Of a DNA stretch of 64,000 nucleotides, positions 40,115 to 51,820 are shown one piece after another. The DNA comes from Takakia lepidozioides. Lineage: Eukaryota > Plantae > Bryophyta. A model generated the notes under the pieces. That model was not told where the DNA came from and ran no database searches. It worked only from the letters and a program-made list of their open reading frames with translations. Within the stretch, counting starts at the first letter, position 1. Each line of letters opens with the position of its first letter. The DNA lies in NCBI GenBank assembly GCA_030704615.1, contig CM060732.1, forward strand, positions 17,298,001 to 17,362,000, given 5' to 3'. A program made the translations under genes and the position numbers.

Positions 40115-41680
40115 TGGACGGAAATACGGCGCCGCATTTCCGTATTGCTTCTTGGTCATGCACCAGAGCGACGGAAATGCGGCACCGAGTTTCCGTCCGG
40201 GGGAAACCTTCATACTCTCCAGAACGGAAATGCGGTAACGCATTTCCATCCAGCAAGAACGGTATGTGAAGGTGGAACGGAAATGCGGTACCTCATTTCC
40301 ATTCTGATTGAGAATTAGGAACAACGGGAACAGAAATGCGGCACCGCATTTCCATCCGAGTCGCACTTTTCCGACATTCCAAAACGGAAATGCGGCGCCG
40401 CATTTCCATTTTGTATCTGATGCATGGAACTGAGGGATAGAAATGCTGCAGCACATTTCCGTCCGTAAAAGACATTCATACTCTCCAGAACGGAAATGCG
40501 GTAACGCATTTCCATCCAACAAGCACGGTATGTGAAGGTGGAACGGAAATGCGGTACCGCATTTCCGTTCTGATTGAGAATTATGAACAACTAGAACAGA
40601 AATGCGGCACCGCATTTCTGTCCGAGTCGCACTTTCCGACATTCCAGAACGGAAATGCGGCGCCGCATTTCCATTTTGTATCTGATGCATGGAGTCAAGC
40701 GCGATTCCGACCGCTTGAGACATTCATACTATCCAGAACAGAAATGCGGTACCGCATTTCCATTCTGACTGAAAATCGTGAACCATCGGAACTGAAATGC
40801 GGCAGCGCATTTCCATCCGAGTCGCACCTCCCAACATTCCAGAACGGAAATGCGGCACCGCATTTCCGTTCTGATGAAATATCCTGAAACATCGGAACTG
40901 AAATGCGGTACCGCATTTCCGTCGGAGTCGCACCTTCCGACATTCCAAAACGCAAATGCGGCGCCGCATTTCCGTTTTGTATGTGAGGCATGGAGCTCTG
41001 GAACGAAAATGCGGCACAACATTTCCGCCAGCGTCAGACGTTAATACTCTACAGAACGGAAATGCGGTACCGCATTTCCGTTCTGACTGAAAATCGTGAG
41101 CAACGGGAACAGAAATGCGGCACCGCATTTCCGTCCGAGTCGCACCTTCCGACATTCTAGAACGGAAATGCGGCGCCGCATTTCCGTTTTGTATATGGGG
41201 CCTGGAGCTGTGGGACGGAAATGTGGTGCCGCATTTCCATCCATGTGAGACCTTCAAACTTTCCAGACCGGAAATGCGGCACCGCATTTCTGTTCAGGTG
41301 AGACCTCTATACTTTCCCGAACGGAAATGTGGCACGACATTTCCGTTCATCAACTAACGTATGTGAAGGGGGAACGGAAATTCGGTACCGCATTTCCGTT
41401 CACATTGAAAATCATGAACCACGGGAACTGAAATGTTGTGCCTCATTTCCGTCCGAATCGCACCTTTCGACATTCCAGAACGGAAATGCGGCGCCGCATT
41501 TCCCTTTTGTATCTCATACATGGAGCTGTGGGACGGAAATGCGGCACCGTATTTCCATTCAACAACTAAGGTATGTGAAGGTGGAACGGAAATGCGGTGC
41601 CGCATTTTCTTCCAACAAGTACAGATGTGTAGCTTCGTGATGGTACTTAACGGAAATGCGGCGCCGCATTCGCATTTTCA
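40115..41680. repeat. Regularly interspaced palindrome array GGAAATGCGG-NN-CCGCATTTCC, 53-bp period, variable 31-bp spacers
   Basis: About 29 repeats with cores at 40128, 40181, 40234, 40287, 40340 ... 41490, 41543, 41596. Confidence 0.92.
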
Positions 41681-42021
41681 CTCCAACTCATCAGACGCTG
41701 GGACGGAAATGCCTTGAAATGTGAACACGTGGAGCAACGGAATTGCTGCACATGTCGGCACTCTATCTGACTGAAGTGGCATGAGGCGGCGCGGCCTGAC
41801 CGTTGATAATGATGTTTGTTTTTCGGACGGCAGGCGTACCCTGAACGATTCGAATTTCGTAATGACGCAAAGTCCACGAGGAGACACTTTCGTCCAACCC
41901 TTTCGAACCCAAGTGGTGCATCACCGCCGTTTCATCTACTTTTGTCGTGTCTCCTCAGTCACCCCTCTCGCGCCCTTTCCATCTGCACTCTTTGCCCGTT
42001 TTCCCTCTCTTTGTTCTTCTT

Positions 42022-45000
42022 ATGCTCGAACCTGAGAGGGGGGAGTTCGTGCACCAGACAGGAGACCTCGTCGCAAGCTCCGGAAATTATACTTCGGACG
42101 TAGGCCAATGCCGAAGGGGAGGAAGCAGATGCGCCTACAGGAGGAGATTGCCATCTCCGAGCAGCAGGCCACTCAGGCAACCCAGCCACCAGTGAGAGCT
42201 CCATGCGATCGGGCTGCGCGCAGCTGATCGAGCACCGAACCCCCCATTTTTTCTTCTGTAATTCTTAGACTGAATGCTAGGAGACCTGAATGCAGAACAT
42301 GTTTGCATGCCTAATAGGAAAGGTGGACGTGCTGGAGGGATCGCAGGAATCCGAAGAGCCGCAGGAAGAGTCCGAGGAGCTAGCTGCAGCACGTACACCC
42401 ACCCGATCCCGAGCGCGGGTATTCCTGCCGGGCCTAGCCCTGTGCGATTCAAAGACGCGGCTTCGAATGGCAAGTTCAAAGCCCCAGAGATCGACTCGCG
42501 TTCTTCGGTCATGGAGAATCGCCAGCAGGGGTCGGGCCCTTCTCCAGCAAAGTCGAAGAAGAAGCAGCCCGTCCCTCTACTGGTTTCTGAACCGGCTCAG
42601 GCCGATTCACCCCCCCCCCAACGCGAATGAAGCAGCGGGGTAACAGACAGATTCAATTGCAGCAGACACCTTCACCTGCAAGGATGAGGAAGCAGAAGGC
42701 AATCAGGGCAACGACCGAACAATCTCCCGCAAAACCGCTTCCACGAGCTGAAGCTCAGTTCCTGGAGGATTTCCCGCCTGCAGATGTTGGGGCCGTCTCT
42801 GATGCAGCCAAGGCAATGGGATCGACCATTTTTGTCGATTTGGTACCGGAGGAGGGTGCTGCCGCTGAACGTTCGCAGCCAGACCTCACCACCGATGAGC
42901 AAGCACGCCCGGAGGAGGCCTCTGCAATGGCAGAATTGCCCGCACACAGGCCCCAGAGTGCAGCTCCAGTTGAGGATGCTCCAGCTGCTCAGCCACTACC
43001 GGCACCTACAGACATGTCTCCGGAGGATTTCAAAAGTGCAGCGGATAAAATGTTGGAGGAGACACACAGTAGCATTGGCAGAGTTCTGGGCAGCAGGGTA
43101 TTCCAGCGGACTCTTCGAATCCCACTCTGTCGCATGGTCCCCTTCCCATCGTCAGGCAGGCCCTTCCCGGAGATGTGGATAAGCTCAAGTTCGCATTTCG
43201 AGAAGGGTACCGTCTGGGATCGGCAGCGTTTTACGTTTCCATTGAGAATGAGGACGGCGAAACTCGTGGACCCACTGCCGATGAATTGTCAACGTGGGAT
43301 ACCCACTGGCACACTTGCAATGACGAATTCGAGGCGACGCTGAAGGGTGATCCAGACTTTGGCCATATGTCTGGTAAAATGTTCTTTGTGTGGGACGGGA
43401 TCACCGACTTCTCGCCTGGTGGGAGTACATCAAGCAGAACCATGCCAAGCACATTGGCTGGCATTACATAGTGGAGTGTGTCATCTTGAAGGTGAAGGCG
43501 GCAGACTCCTCCCTGCTCAAGAATGCCATGGTGGACCTCAACTCGTAAGATACTCATACCCTCCCTAGCACGTTCGAAATGCGGTGCCGCATTTCGGTTT
43601 CCATTCTGGTTTGTTTCCGTGCTTCCGTGTACTGAACTGGAGAGTGTGCCTTGCAGGGTCACTGAGAATGCGTACGTGCATACCCACATGGCACATATGC
43701 TGTACAGGGTGAGGAAAACTGGTCTCACTGATCCACAGATGTTTGCGGAAATGTTGGAGCCCGAGCTCATTCAGAAAGCCGTTGCAAAAACAGACCGGAC
43801 ATGGTATCGTCTCACTATGGATGGAATGGTGGAGGTGATATACGAAGTAAGTCGTCCTCCCATTTCCCTCTGCTCATCCTTCCCCAATTTCCAGTAATCT
43901 TTCCACATGAATCGAATGTAACGCTTCAGCATGTTTTTGTTGGCAGTCAAACATCAAGCTGGATTTGGCCCATGCCAAACGCTTCTTCATGGAAAGTGAG
44001 GGGCAGGTCAAAACGTTTGCAGTCATTGACTGAGCACTTGAAGGAAGCCGGTGTCAAGTCCAGAACCAAATACAAGTCAAAGCTTGTGAAGCTGGTGGCA
44101 ATTGCAGATCCGGCTTGGAAAGGACTTCATCCCCGAGATTGCAAAACACTATTCTCGGGCCATGCAGCCGACCATGCAATTGGAAAACTGCATCACCTCT
44201 CAAACGCATGTGTGGAGGCGAAAGAGAAGGTGAGGTTTCAATGCACTGAAGTTCCTTCCTAGCAATAGCCACTCTCTCTTCCAGCTCCTGACATTGGATC
44301 GGAAATGGCAGACCCGGTGGGTTGTCGATCTGGAATGCATCCGAGAGCATAAGGACAATGTGGTCTTTTCCACTCGAAGTTTCCGACCCTGCAATGGATG
44401 TGTGGCTCAACCGCATGACTTGGTGGTTCCAGGTAATTCAAGGTACTTCCCCAGATTTGCTTTTCTGAAATGAATTCCCTGAACTGCTACGTGACAATGC
44501 ATTTGGGAATCGCAGGTAGGTGGTGGTAATGTCGAGTGCGAAGGAGCAAGTCGTAATGCACACAAATTCGTTCGGCTTGTACGTCAAATGGGATGGAACT
44601 TAGACATTGGAAGACTACGTGACACGTTTCAGATGTGCGTACAAGGACAACATTTTCGCCAGAGAGCTACAGACAGCAAAAAGAGCGTGGAGTTTACACA
44701 TCAAGGAGGGAGCGGGGAAAGGGGAAATGCAATTTGCAATGCGAATTGTGAAGGAGCACAGCTGCCCTTGTATGCGAAGCCTGGTTACGAGGTTTGTCTC
44801 GGAAATGCGGCACCGCATTCGCATTTTATGTTTTCGGTGGCACTTTGCGAGTAGGTTGGTCTCAACTTTTGCTCACGCATGCTGACTGCCTTGCAGGTAT
44901 ATGAAATACGTGCTCCTTCAGACAGGGGCCCTGGCTCAAGAGCCCCCGTTCTTCATGCTTGGACCGTGGCGGGGCCCAAGCTGAATAAAAAAAGGAAGTA

Positions 45001-46760
45001 GTAACACAATGCCCGCAGCGATGAGATGGTGGCAAGAAGTTCTCGGGATCGGCCCGTGTTGCGAGCTTGACATGTTGGTCAAAGAGAAAAATGACGCTGT
45101 GTCTCTGCAGAGCATGGATGCACTGGAGAACGTGGTACAGGACATGTTGGCGGTATTGTGACGAGTCTGAGAAAGATCTGCACGCCTGGCAGAAGGAAGA
45201 GAAAGGAAAGGTTGCCTGCTGGGCCAAAGTCGGCAAGGATTGCTGCTATGGAAGAATCCAGAAAGGCAGCTGAGATGGCACAAAAGACGGTTGGATGGAT
45301 GCAGCTGTGCAGGCCCAACAGAAGGGGGTCAGAGAAGAGGACTCGCCAGCAAGGAGCAGCTGTTTGTGACACCCGCCCAAAACGAAGAAGCAGAAAAAGC
45401 CTGTTCAGGAGAGGGTGAGGAAGAGGACTCCGATGGAGACTTTGCAACCACCCACCCCCCCAAACGCAGGCTGCCTCCCTTGTGCCCACCGTTGTCACGA
45501 GAGGCACGAGAACTGGCTCGGCAAAGAAGGCACTCTTCACCCCCCAGGGGGGCACCCTTTCGAGCCGGTGGAAATGAAGAGGCCGAAAGTGGCTCCCGAA
45601 ACAGTAGTCCAGTGTGTAAATGAGAGTTTCTTGGCGGCTTTGGATGGACGGGGGCAGCCAAGTTGGCATACATGAAGACCATGGAGGGTCTGAAGGGCAG
45701 AGCACTAAAGAAGGCGACTGCCGAAGAGCCTTCCGACACCCCAGGATTTCAGAATATGGTCTCCTTCTTTGAGAGGGTGTGTGCAGACAAGGATTGTAGG
45801 AGGGGCGGGGAAATGCCACCGAGTGGTCTTGCAATATGATCATCTTGGATTTCCGGACGGAGAGCCTGTGGAAGGACTGCAAGCTTTGCCATCTTGAACA
45901 GGTACTCGGAGGACTTTTGGAAGAAAAGGATTCGGGCTTGCCCGCATGGTGTTGGACGACAGAGGCTGTGTGGTTGTCCTGGCGAGCAGAGGAAAAAACA
46001 CTCAGACAGGAATTGCGAAGTGGACCCGCAAGAGCGCCGTCCCGATTCTGAAAAAGAAGTGGACGTGCATCAACACACTGGGCCTTCGGTCGGAAGGGAA
46101 GAAGGTGATTACGACACTGGCACTCGTCCATTCATTTGCTTGGGTGTTTTCAAATGCGGTGCCGCATTCGGTTTCTAATCGTTCCCCCCTGTGTATGCAA
46201 ACGAAGCAGTTCGATGCATTACTGCTTTGTGAAGGAGAACTCCACCTTTGCTTTCGGAAGGAGGGAGGAAAGGTTGACCCGAACTGCGACCCCCCTCGAT
46301 TACGACGTTTTGTTCAACAATGTTCCCAAGGAACTTCTCCCTCATAGCCTCACTTCAACGGAACCCCTGCGGTACTCACGGACTCGGAGGCCTGCCTTCA
46401 TTAGACAATTATGGAGACATGCACAGACGTGGAGGGCACAGTGCTTGACCTCATCTGTGGGACAGGTATGCAGAATCTTGATCTATGCTGTTCTGCAAAT
46501 TCTCGTTAGATGTAGTTCGCAACATCTGAAGCGCCATGTGGTAATGTGTGGATGGCATTGTAAAGGTGCCTCAATGTGGGCTGGGCGGGTTTTCCGACCG
46601 GCACCTCTTTGCCTACGAGGAGGATTCATCCGTGTGGGGATCCCATCTGGAAGGGCTGCAACGGAATGTTAAGGCTCCCAACAGAGCGGAAGTCTCTCGG
46701 ATTCGTCGGAGTCCGAGGAAGACACAGTGGACATTGATGCGGAGGAGAACCCGGAATACG
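42022..46760 (+). pseudogene. Full-length ParB/Srx + beta-class N4/N6 DNA methyltransferase-fold gene, subfamily 2, multi-exon, frameshifted
   Basis: Exon 1 RPRRKLRKLYFGRRP homologous to subfamily 1; LRIPLCRMV..DKLKFAFREGYRLGSAAFYVSIE..FFVWDG(N)HR at about 43110-43410; MTase motifs at 45830-45865 and 46375-46470; last recognisable exon 46566-46760. Confidence 0.75.
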
Positions 46761-47459
46761 AGTGAGTGCAAACATTGTAAGTTTGCAAAGCCTTCTGGGT
46801 CATTTTTGTCAAACGAATTTCCGACTGTGGTTCTCATTAGTCTCGTTGATGATTGTCATGTGCAGGATTGCAGGGTCCGGGTCGAAACATGTAGGGCCTA
46901 CACTTCCTGCCAGGAAGAATGTCCCGTTCTTTGCGAGGGCCGATTCATGACGAGCCCGGTGAGGGACTACTCCATTCCTAGTTATGCAGCTAAACTCGCA
47001 AATACAGCGATTAGAAGAAGTGAGAATCCCAGTAAAGTAGAGCAGATTTTGGAGAGGGCTAGGTAGGACAGAAGGAAGGAAAGAGTTGGCAGCAGCTCAG
47101 ACAGGTAGACGGGTACGAAAGTACATATGTGATTCAGCGGATGAGAGCGACGCAGACAGGGGGAAGACGACCCAACAGAGGTGAGATGGACAGTTCCGCA
47201 AGGGGAAGATGGGATTTTCGAAAGCCTGGCAACGAGCAGTCCGCTGGAGATGAGAAAGGCACTGAGGGGGTGGAGACGGAGCAGGACAGTCTAGAACAGG
47301 ATGAGGATTCGGATGATTTTCAAGATTAATAGAATTTTAATGAAGTCTCTGTAAATGTAAATTCTCTTCAAAGTATATAAAGGAAATTCTGCCCGACATT
47401 CGTGACCCCTCTCCAGTGTGCATTCCAGCCACACAATCGCCCAAACCACGACGCTCCCA

Positions 47460-48235
47460 AAATCAGAAATGGGACACGCATTTCCAAATTTTGGCAACTC
47501 TAAGAACTCTTTTGGAAATGCGGGCACCACCGCATTTCCAAAACAGGGGAGGGACTAAATTTTCCATTTCAATGTTGGCATAGTAAAAAGTAATCGGCCA
47601 ATTGGAAATGCGGTGCCGCATTTCAAAATTTCCTTTGTCCACACGCCAGTTTTGGCCTCTCCCGCTCATTGCATGGATGCCACCACGCTTACAGAGGTCG
47701 AACAAGGAGGTCGAACAAGGAGGTCGAGATGGCGGAATGGAAATGCGGTGCCGCATTTCCATATTGGGGATGGTCGTTGTTCGAACTGCAGGCCCATCAG
47801 CAAAAATTGGCACCGCATTCCATTGTAAAAAAAAGTCGATGACGGACATGGAATGCGGCGCCGCATTTCCAGAACGGACATCGCAATTTGTCCATTTGCA
47901 GACCCTCTCATGGAAATGCGGTAACGCATTCCATCGCTGGTCGGAAATGTCACACTTTTCGAAGTGTTGGACGGAAATGCGGCACCGCATTCCCTGTCCA
48001 AAAAGAAGTTTCCATTGCCCAAGCTGGAAATGCGTCGCCGCATTTGCAATGCCAACCTCGTTGTCTGTCCAATTTATAGACCCGTGTTGGTTATTTCGTG
48101 TACCTGGACGGAAATGATGCACCGCATTTCATTGTCCGACACTGAAATGCGGTTCATACATTTCCATGTCGGCATGGAATCGGCACCGCATTTCCTTGTC
48201 CCACATGGAAATGCGGTGCCGCATTTCAATGTCCG
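47460..48235. repeat. Degenerate array of GGAAATGCGG-NN-CCGCATTTCC palindromes
   Basis: About 13 copies; spacings include 31-33, 53, 61-63 and 84 bp. Confidence 0.8.
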
Positions 48236-48455
48236 ACATGGCGTTACTCTGGTATATTCTTGACACATGACTCTCATACCGGTTACTTGCTATATTCATC
48301 CGGACAGACACATTGTAGAAATGAGACATCAAATTGTAAACAGTGGGCCAATTCCGACAGTTATTCAACAGAATGAAACACAATCATACAGAAGTGAGGT
48401 ACGATGGGTTTATTGATCGGACATGATGTCTCACATTTACCAACTGCAGACAAAA

Positions 48456-49061
48456 CTAAGCCTTTCCTCCTTCTACATGGGCTTCACAAGTCGACGGAAC
48501 TTCGATACCCCCAAACAAGCTCATCACTGCTGGGCACCTCGAGGTAAACTGCAATTCGGTCGTTCTGCTGCCCTTGCTGGAGCCGACGACAATGTCATTT
48601 CCATCAATGATACCACCATCATACATTGACAAGGTCATTGTGGGCCTCATGTGCCCGTGCGATTCGTCTTCGCAACTCAGCCGAATGTCTCCATACACTG
48701 GAAGAGCGGAGTGATCTGCACGTATATAGTTTTCCCCGGTGCCGTCCTCCCTGGTCCACTGGCAGCAGCAGTTCCAGCCACCAAAGCGAGGCCGTGCGTG
48801 ATCTGTCCGGCATCCCTTTCCAGCTTGGTATATCGAGGTCAACAATTTTCAGGACCCACGGACCGCATTGACCCTCGCCCTCACCTCGCTCAAAGCGGTA
48901 ATAGCCTCCAGATACTCCATTGCGCGCAAAGACTCTTGCTTGATTCCAGCAGCGTCTGTGAAAACAGAGAGCCAGACAATGATGTCTCCTGAATCTGGTT
49001 TGAACATAGCATAATCGTGGCCATGATAACGGCAGTCGGCTGGATTTTGGCGGCACGGCAT
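48456..49061 (-). pseudogene. Unknown protein X (paralog of Y), frameshifted
   Basis: HDYAMFKPDSGDIIVW / PWVLKIVDLDIPSWKGMP / PVYGDIRLSCED..SMYDGGIIDGNDIVV align with gene Y. Confidence 0.6.
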
Positions 49062-49405
49062 CCTTGAAAAAAGAGTAGCGGAGTACGCTCAATGACAGCA
49101 GCTCCTGGATGGAGGAGGAGCAGCGCGGTGGCTGGAAAAAGTTCAAGCTAACGCTGCAATTCCTCACAAACACTCCAGGGCACATTTAAATTTCCCCCCT
49201 ACAGGATCCTGGACCGATGAAGATTGGCTGCTTCATGAATGTAGCCGTTTCAGTTTCTACCCTGCCATGCAAACTATGGGCACTCACTGCCAGGTGGGCC
49301 GATAGCCACTGGACACGACGAAGTCCATCCCTCTTCGATGTAAATGCGGTGCCGAATTTCCATCCGGGGGGATGGACTTCGGTGGCAGATCTCAAACTAT
49401 AACTG

Positions 49406-50170
49406 TTGATGAGAAAGATGTATGGTTTCATCCACCGCCGGCGTGATGAACACGTTCCACCTCCGTCGGTGGGTACGTGGGACCCAGATGCTCCATTATT
49501 GGAGGCCGGACTGCTCTTCCGCTTCGCATCATTTCCAAAATCTAAGGGCTTCGTAGTGTCCGCAAGGTCATTGTCATCTGCATCCAAGTCGTCCTCAGGT
49601 CCTCCTTTGCAAGGATGCCGTGCTTCCGGAACCGGGACGACTGCCCATTTGGAAGGCATCGATTATGCAATGTATTCGGCCACATCGGGAGACATTGTTA
49701 TCTGGTACACAGATTACACAGAAGATACTGGTTCGATTGTGGAAACATTGGTGGCTTTTGAGTATATCCTAGGCCACTACGCCAGCGGGGTGACAATCTT
49801 GGTCTGAGGAGTCCGTGGCTCCTGCGCATCCTCGATCCGATTTTCCCAGCTACGACGGTCACCCAGCAGAAGAAGGCGCACTGCTATGCTGTTGCTGCGG
49901 TGGAACTGGCTGTGCCACTGGACGTGGGTGGACTCCATCGGAGAGACCTATTCTCCTGAAGGAGTGCGCTCCTCTTCTCCATTGTATGGGGACATTCGCA
50001 TTGGTGTGGACGACGAAAACGTGAAGATTTCCATATTCGATGGTGGTATGATGGAAGGGCAGGACATTGTGGTGAACATCACTAGGGGCGGTACAACGGC
50101 TGCAATCGACTTTACATGGAGGAGCCCCATGACTCATGAGCTAGTTCTGAGAGCAGTCGAAGTCCCATGA
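49406..50170 (+). pseudogene. Unknown protein Y (paralog of X), frameshifted; start uncertain
   Basis: IDYAMYSATSGDIVIW / PWLLRILD..FPSYDGHP / PLYGDIRIGVDD..SIFDGGMMEGQDIVV. Confidence 0.6.
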
Positions 50171-50584
50171 CAACGTGACTTGTATTCAGTAGGCACAGGG
50201 CTAAAGATTGATTGCACAATCAGCACGTAGACGTGCTTCAAATGCAATTCATGTGGATCAATAAAAACCTCATTGTGCCCTCTTTTTATTCTATTCTGTG
50301 TCCATCATTTCCAGAATGCGTCATTGCTCATTTCGTTTGGGATTGGGAGTGTGGGTGGATTTTGCAAGTGGCTGGTAGGCTGAAATGGGCCCCCATTGTA
50401 CAGAGCAGTACCACCCTACCATTCGCGAAAACATTGCCTTTCAATATATATAATTTAAATAACATTGCCGAACCTCCTTCATCGGGAGGTCCTTCTCCCC
50501 CTATGACCGTGGCACCCTAAACCCTATTCCCGCGGACACTCATTTCCGAAAATAGTGCTGCTCTATGTTTTTCCACACTTACGA

Positions 50585-50639
50585 CTCTGCTCATGGCTCA
50601 TGCCGCTCATGGCTCATGGCTCATGAAATAGCAGCCCCC
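50585..50639 (-). mobile_element. Right terminal inverted repeat of the MULE-like element
   Basis: Reverse complement GGGGGCTGCTATTTCATGAGCCATGAGCCATGAGCGGCATGAGC matches the termini at 29717 and 51045. Confidence 0.75.
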
Positions 50640-51044
50640 GGAGTATCCAACGAGAGCAGCTCATAAGGCGAAGGCGAGAGCTGATAGGGCTCTAGTGCGG
50701 GCTAGAAGGGAAGCAGCAGCAGCAAAGGCTGCAGCAATCTAAGCAGCCATCTACTTATTCTTTGGCTTCCATATTTAGTACACCTCCTCCGGTAACAGCT
50801 ATGGCAGGAGCTCCCATTCCAGCTGCTCTTCAATAGGTGCCTATAGCTATTAATCTTGGCAGGCCGATGATTAGAATCAGTAGTATTGCCCATATGCCTT
50901 CTTTTACTGCGTCGCAAGGATCGGATCTTGATGCTCATTTGGCCCAATTTATCACATCATGTATAGCCAATAATGCAATAACTGATAAGCATTGGCGGAA
51001 GATTTTTCCTGCTACTTTTCAATGGTATGACCGACAACCACATG
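50640..51044 (+). pseudogene. Ty3/gypsy gag fragment between two element termini
   Basis: MPSFTASQGSDLDAHLAQFITSC..KIFPATF..QWYDRQP matches the retrotransposon gag pattern. Confidence 0.65.
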
Positions 51045-51820
51045 GAGGTTTGCTATTTCATGAGCATGAGCGGCATGAGCGGCATGAGCGGCATGAGCAG
51101 AGTAGTACCACAATCGGTTTTCATGAGCAGAAGTACAAATTTCGAAAATAAAAAACAATAAAAAACAATAAAAAACAATAATTTAATGCAATGTGTCAGA
51201 AAAAACAAATATATTATTCGGCCCCTTGAAGGGAAAATTGCACTTTTGACAGTTGTGCTCATTGATATTTGTCTTCCGCTCATGCCAATTCCTAGCGACA
51301 TGTGCAAATATGGCGCCGAATTTCGCGGTAATAGGGTCCGTAACCTGAAAAAACGGCGACGTATTTCGCGGCAATAGGTCTCTCTGGCAAAAAATGGTGC
51401 CGAATTCCGCGGCTATAGGTCCCCTCATGACAGGTAATTCGCGCCATTTTTTCCAGTGCATGTTCGGACTTAGCCAGTTTTCGGCCCAAAAAAGAGAAAT
51501 TCGGCGCCATTTTTCCAGACACCGTACCAGTGCATGTTGGGACTTAGCCAGTTTCGGCCCCAAAAGAGAAATTCGGCGCCATTTTCCCAAACACAGGTAC
51601 CAGTGCATGTTGGGACTTAGCGGTTTGCGGCCCCAAAAAGAGAAATTCGGCGCCATTTTTCCAGAAATGGCCCCACAACTGCTTCTGTTGGATCTCAGTT
51701 TGAATGGAATATTGCTGCCTCATTCCAGGAGTTTTGGGGTGCATTTCATTACACTGCAAAAAAATTCTGATACAGCAAAATGCATTTGAAAATATCCATA
51801 TGGAGGATTCCGTTTGCCCA

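Noticed and set aside
40115-41680. True CRISPR array
   Set aside because: No cas genes, eukaryotic context, repeats are degenerate and spacers recur in families rather than being unique.
34809-46760. Bacterial or phage contamination as the source of ParB-MTase
   Set aside because: The gene has conserved spliceosomal introns and is interleaved with plant retroelement and PPR sequence.
29708-50648. One intact element from 29717 to 50639 with a target-site duplication
   Set aside because: Flanks agatggctt and ggagtatcc do not match, and the interior joins two subfamilies at about 38990.
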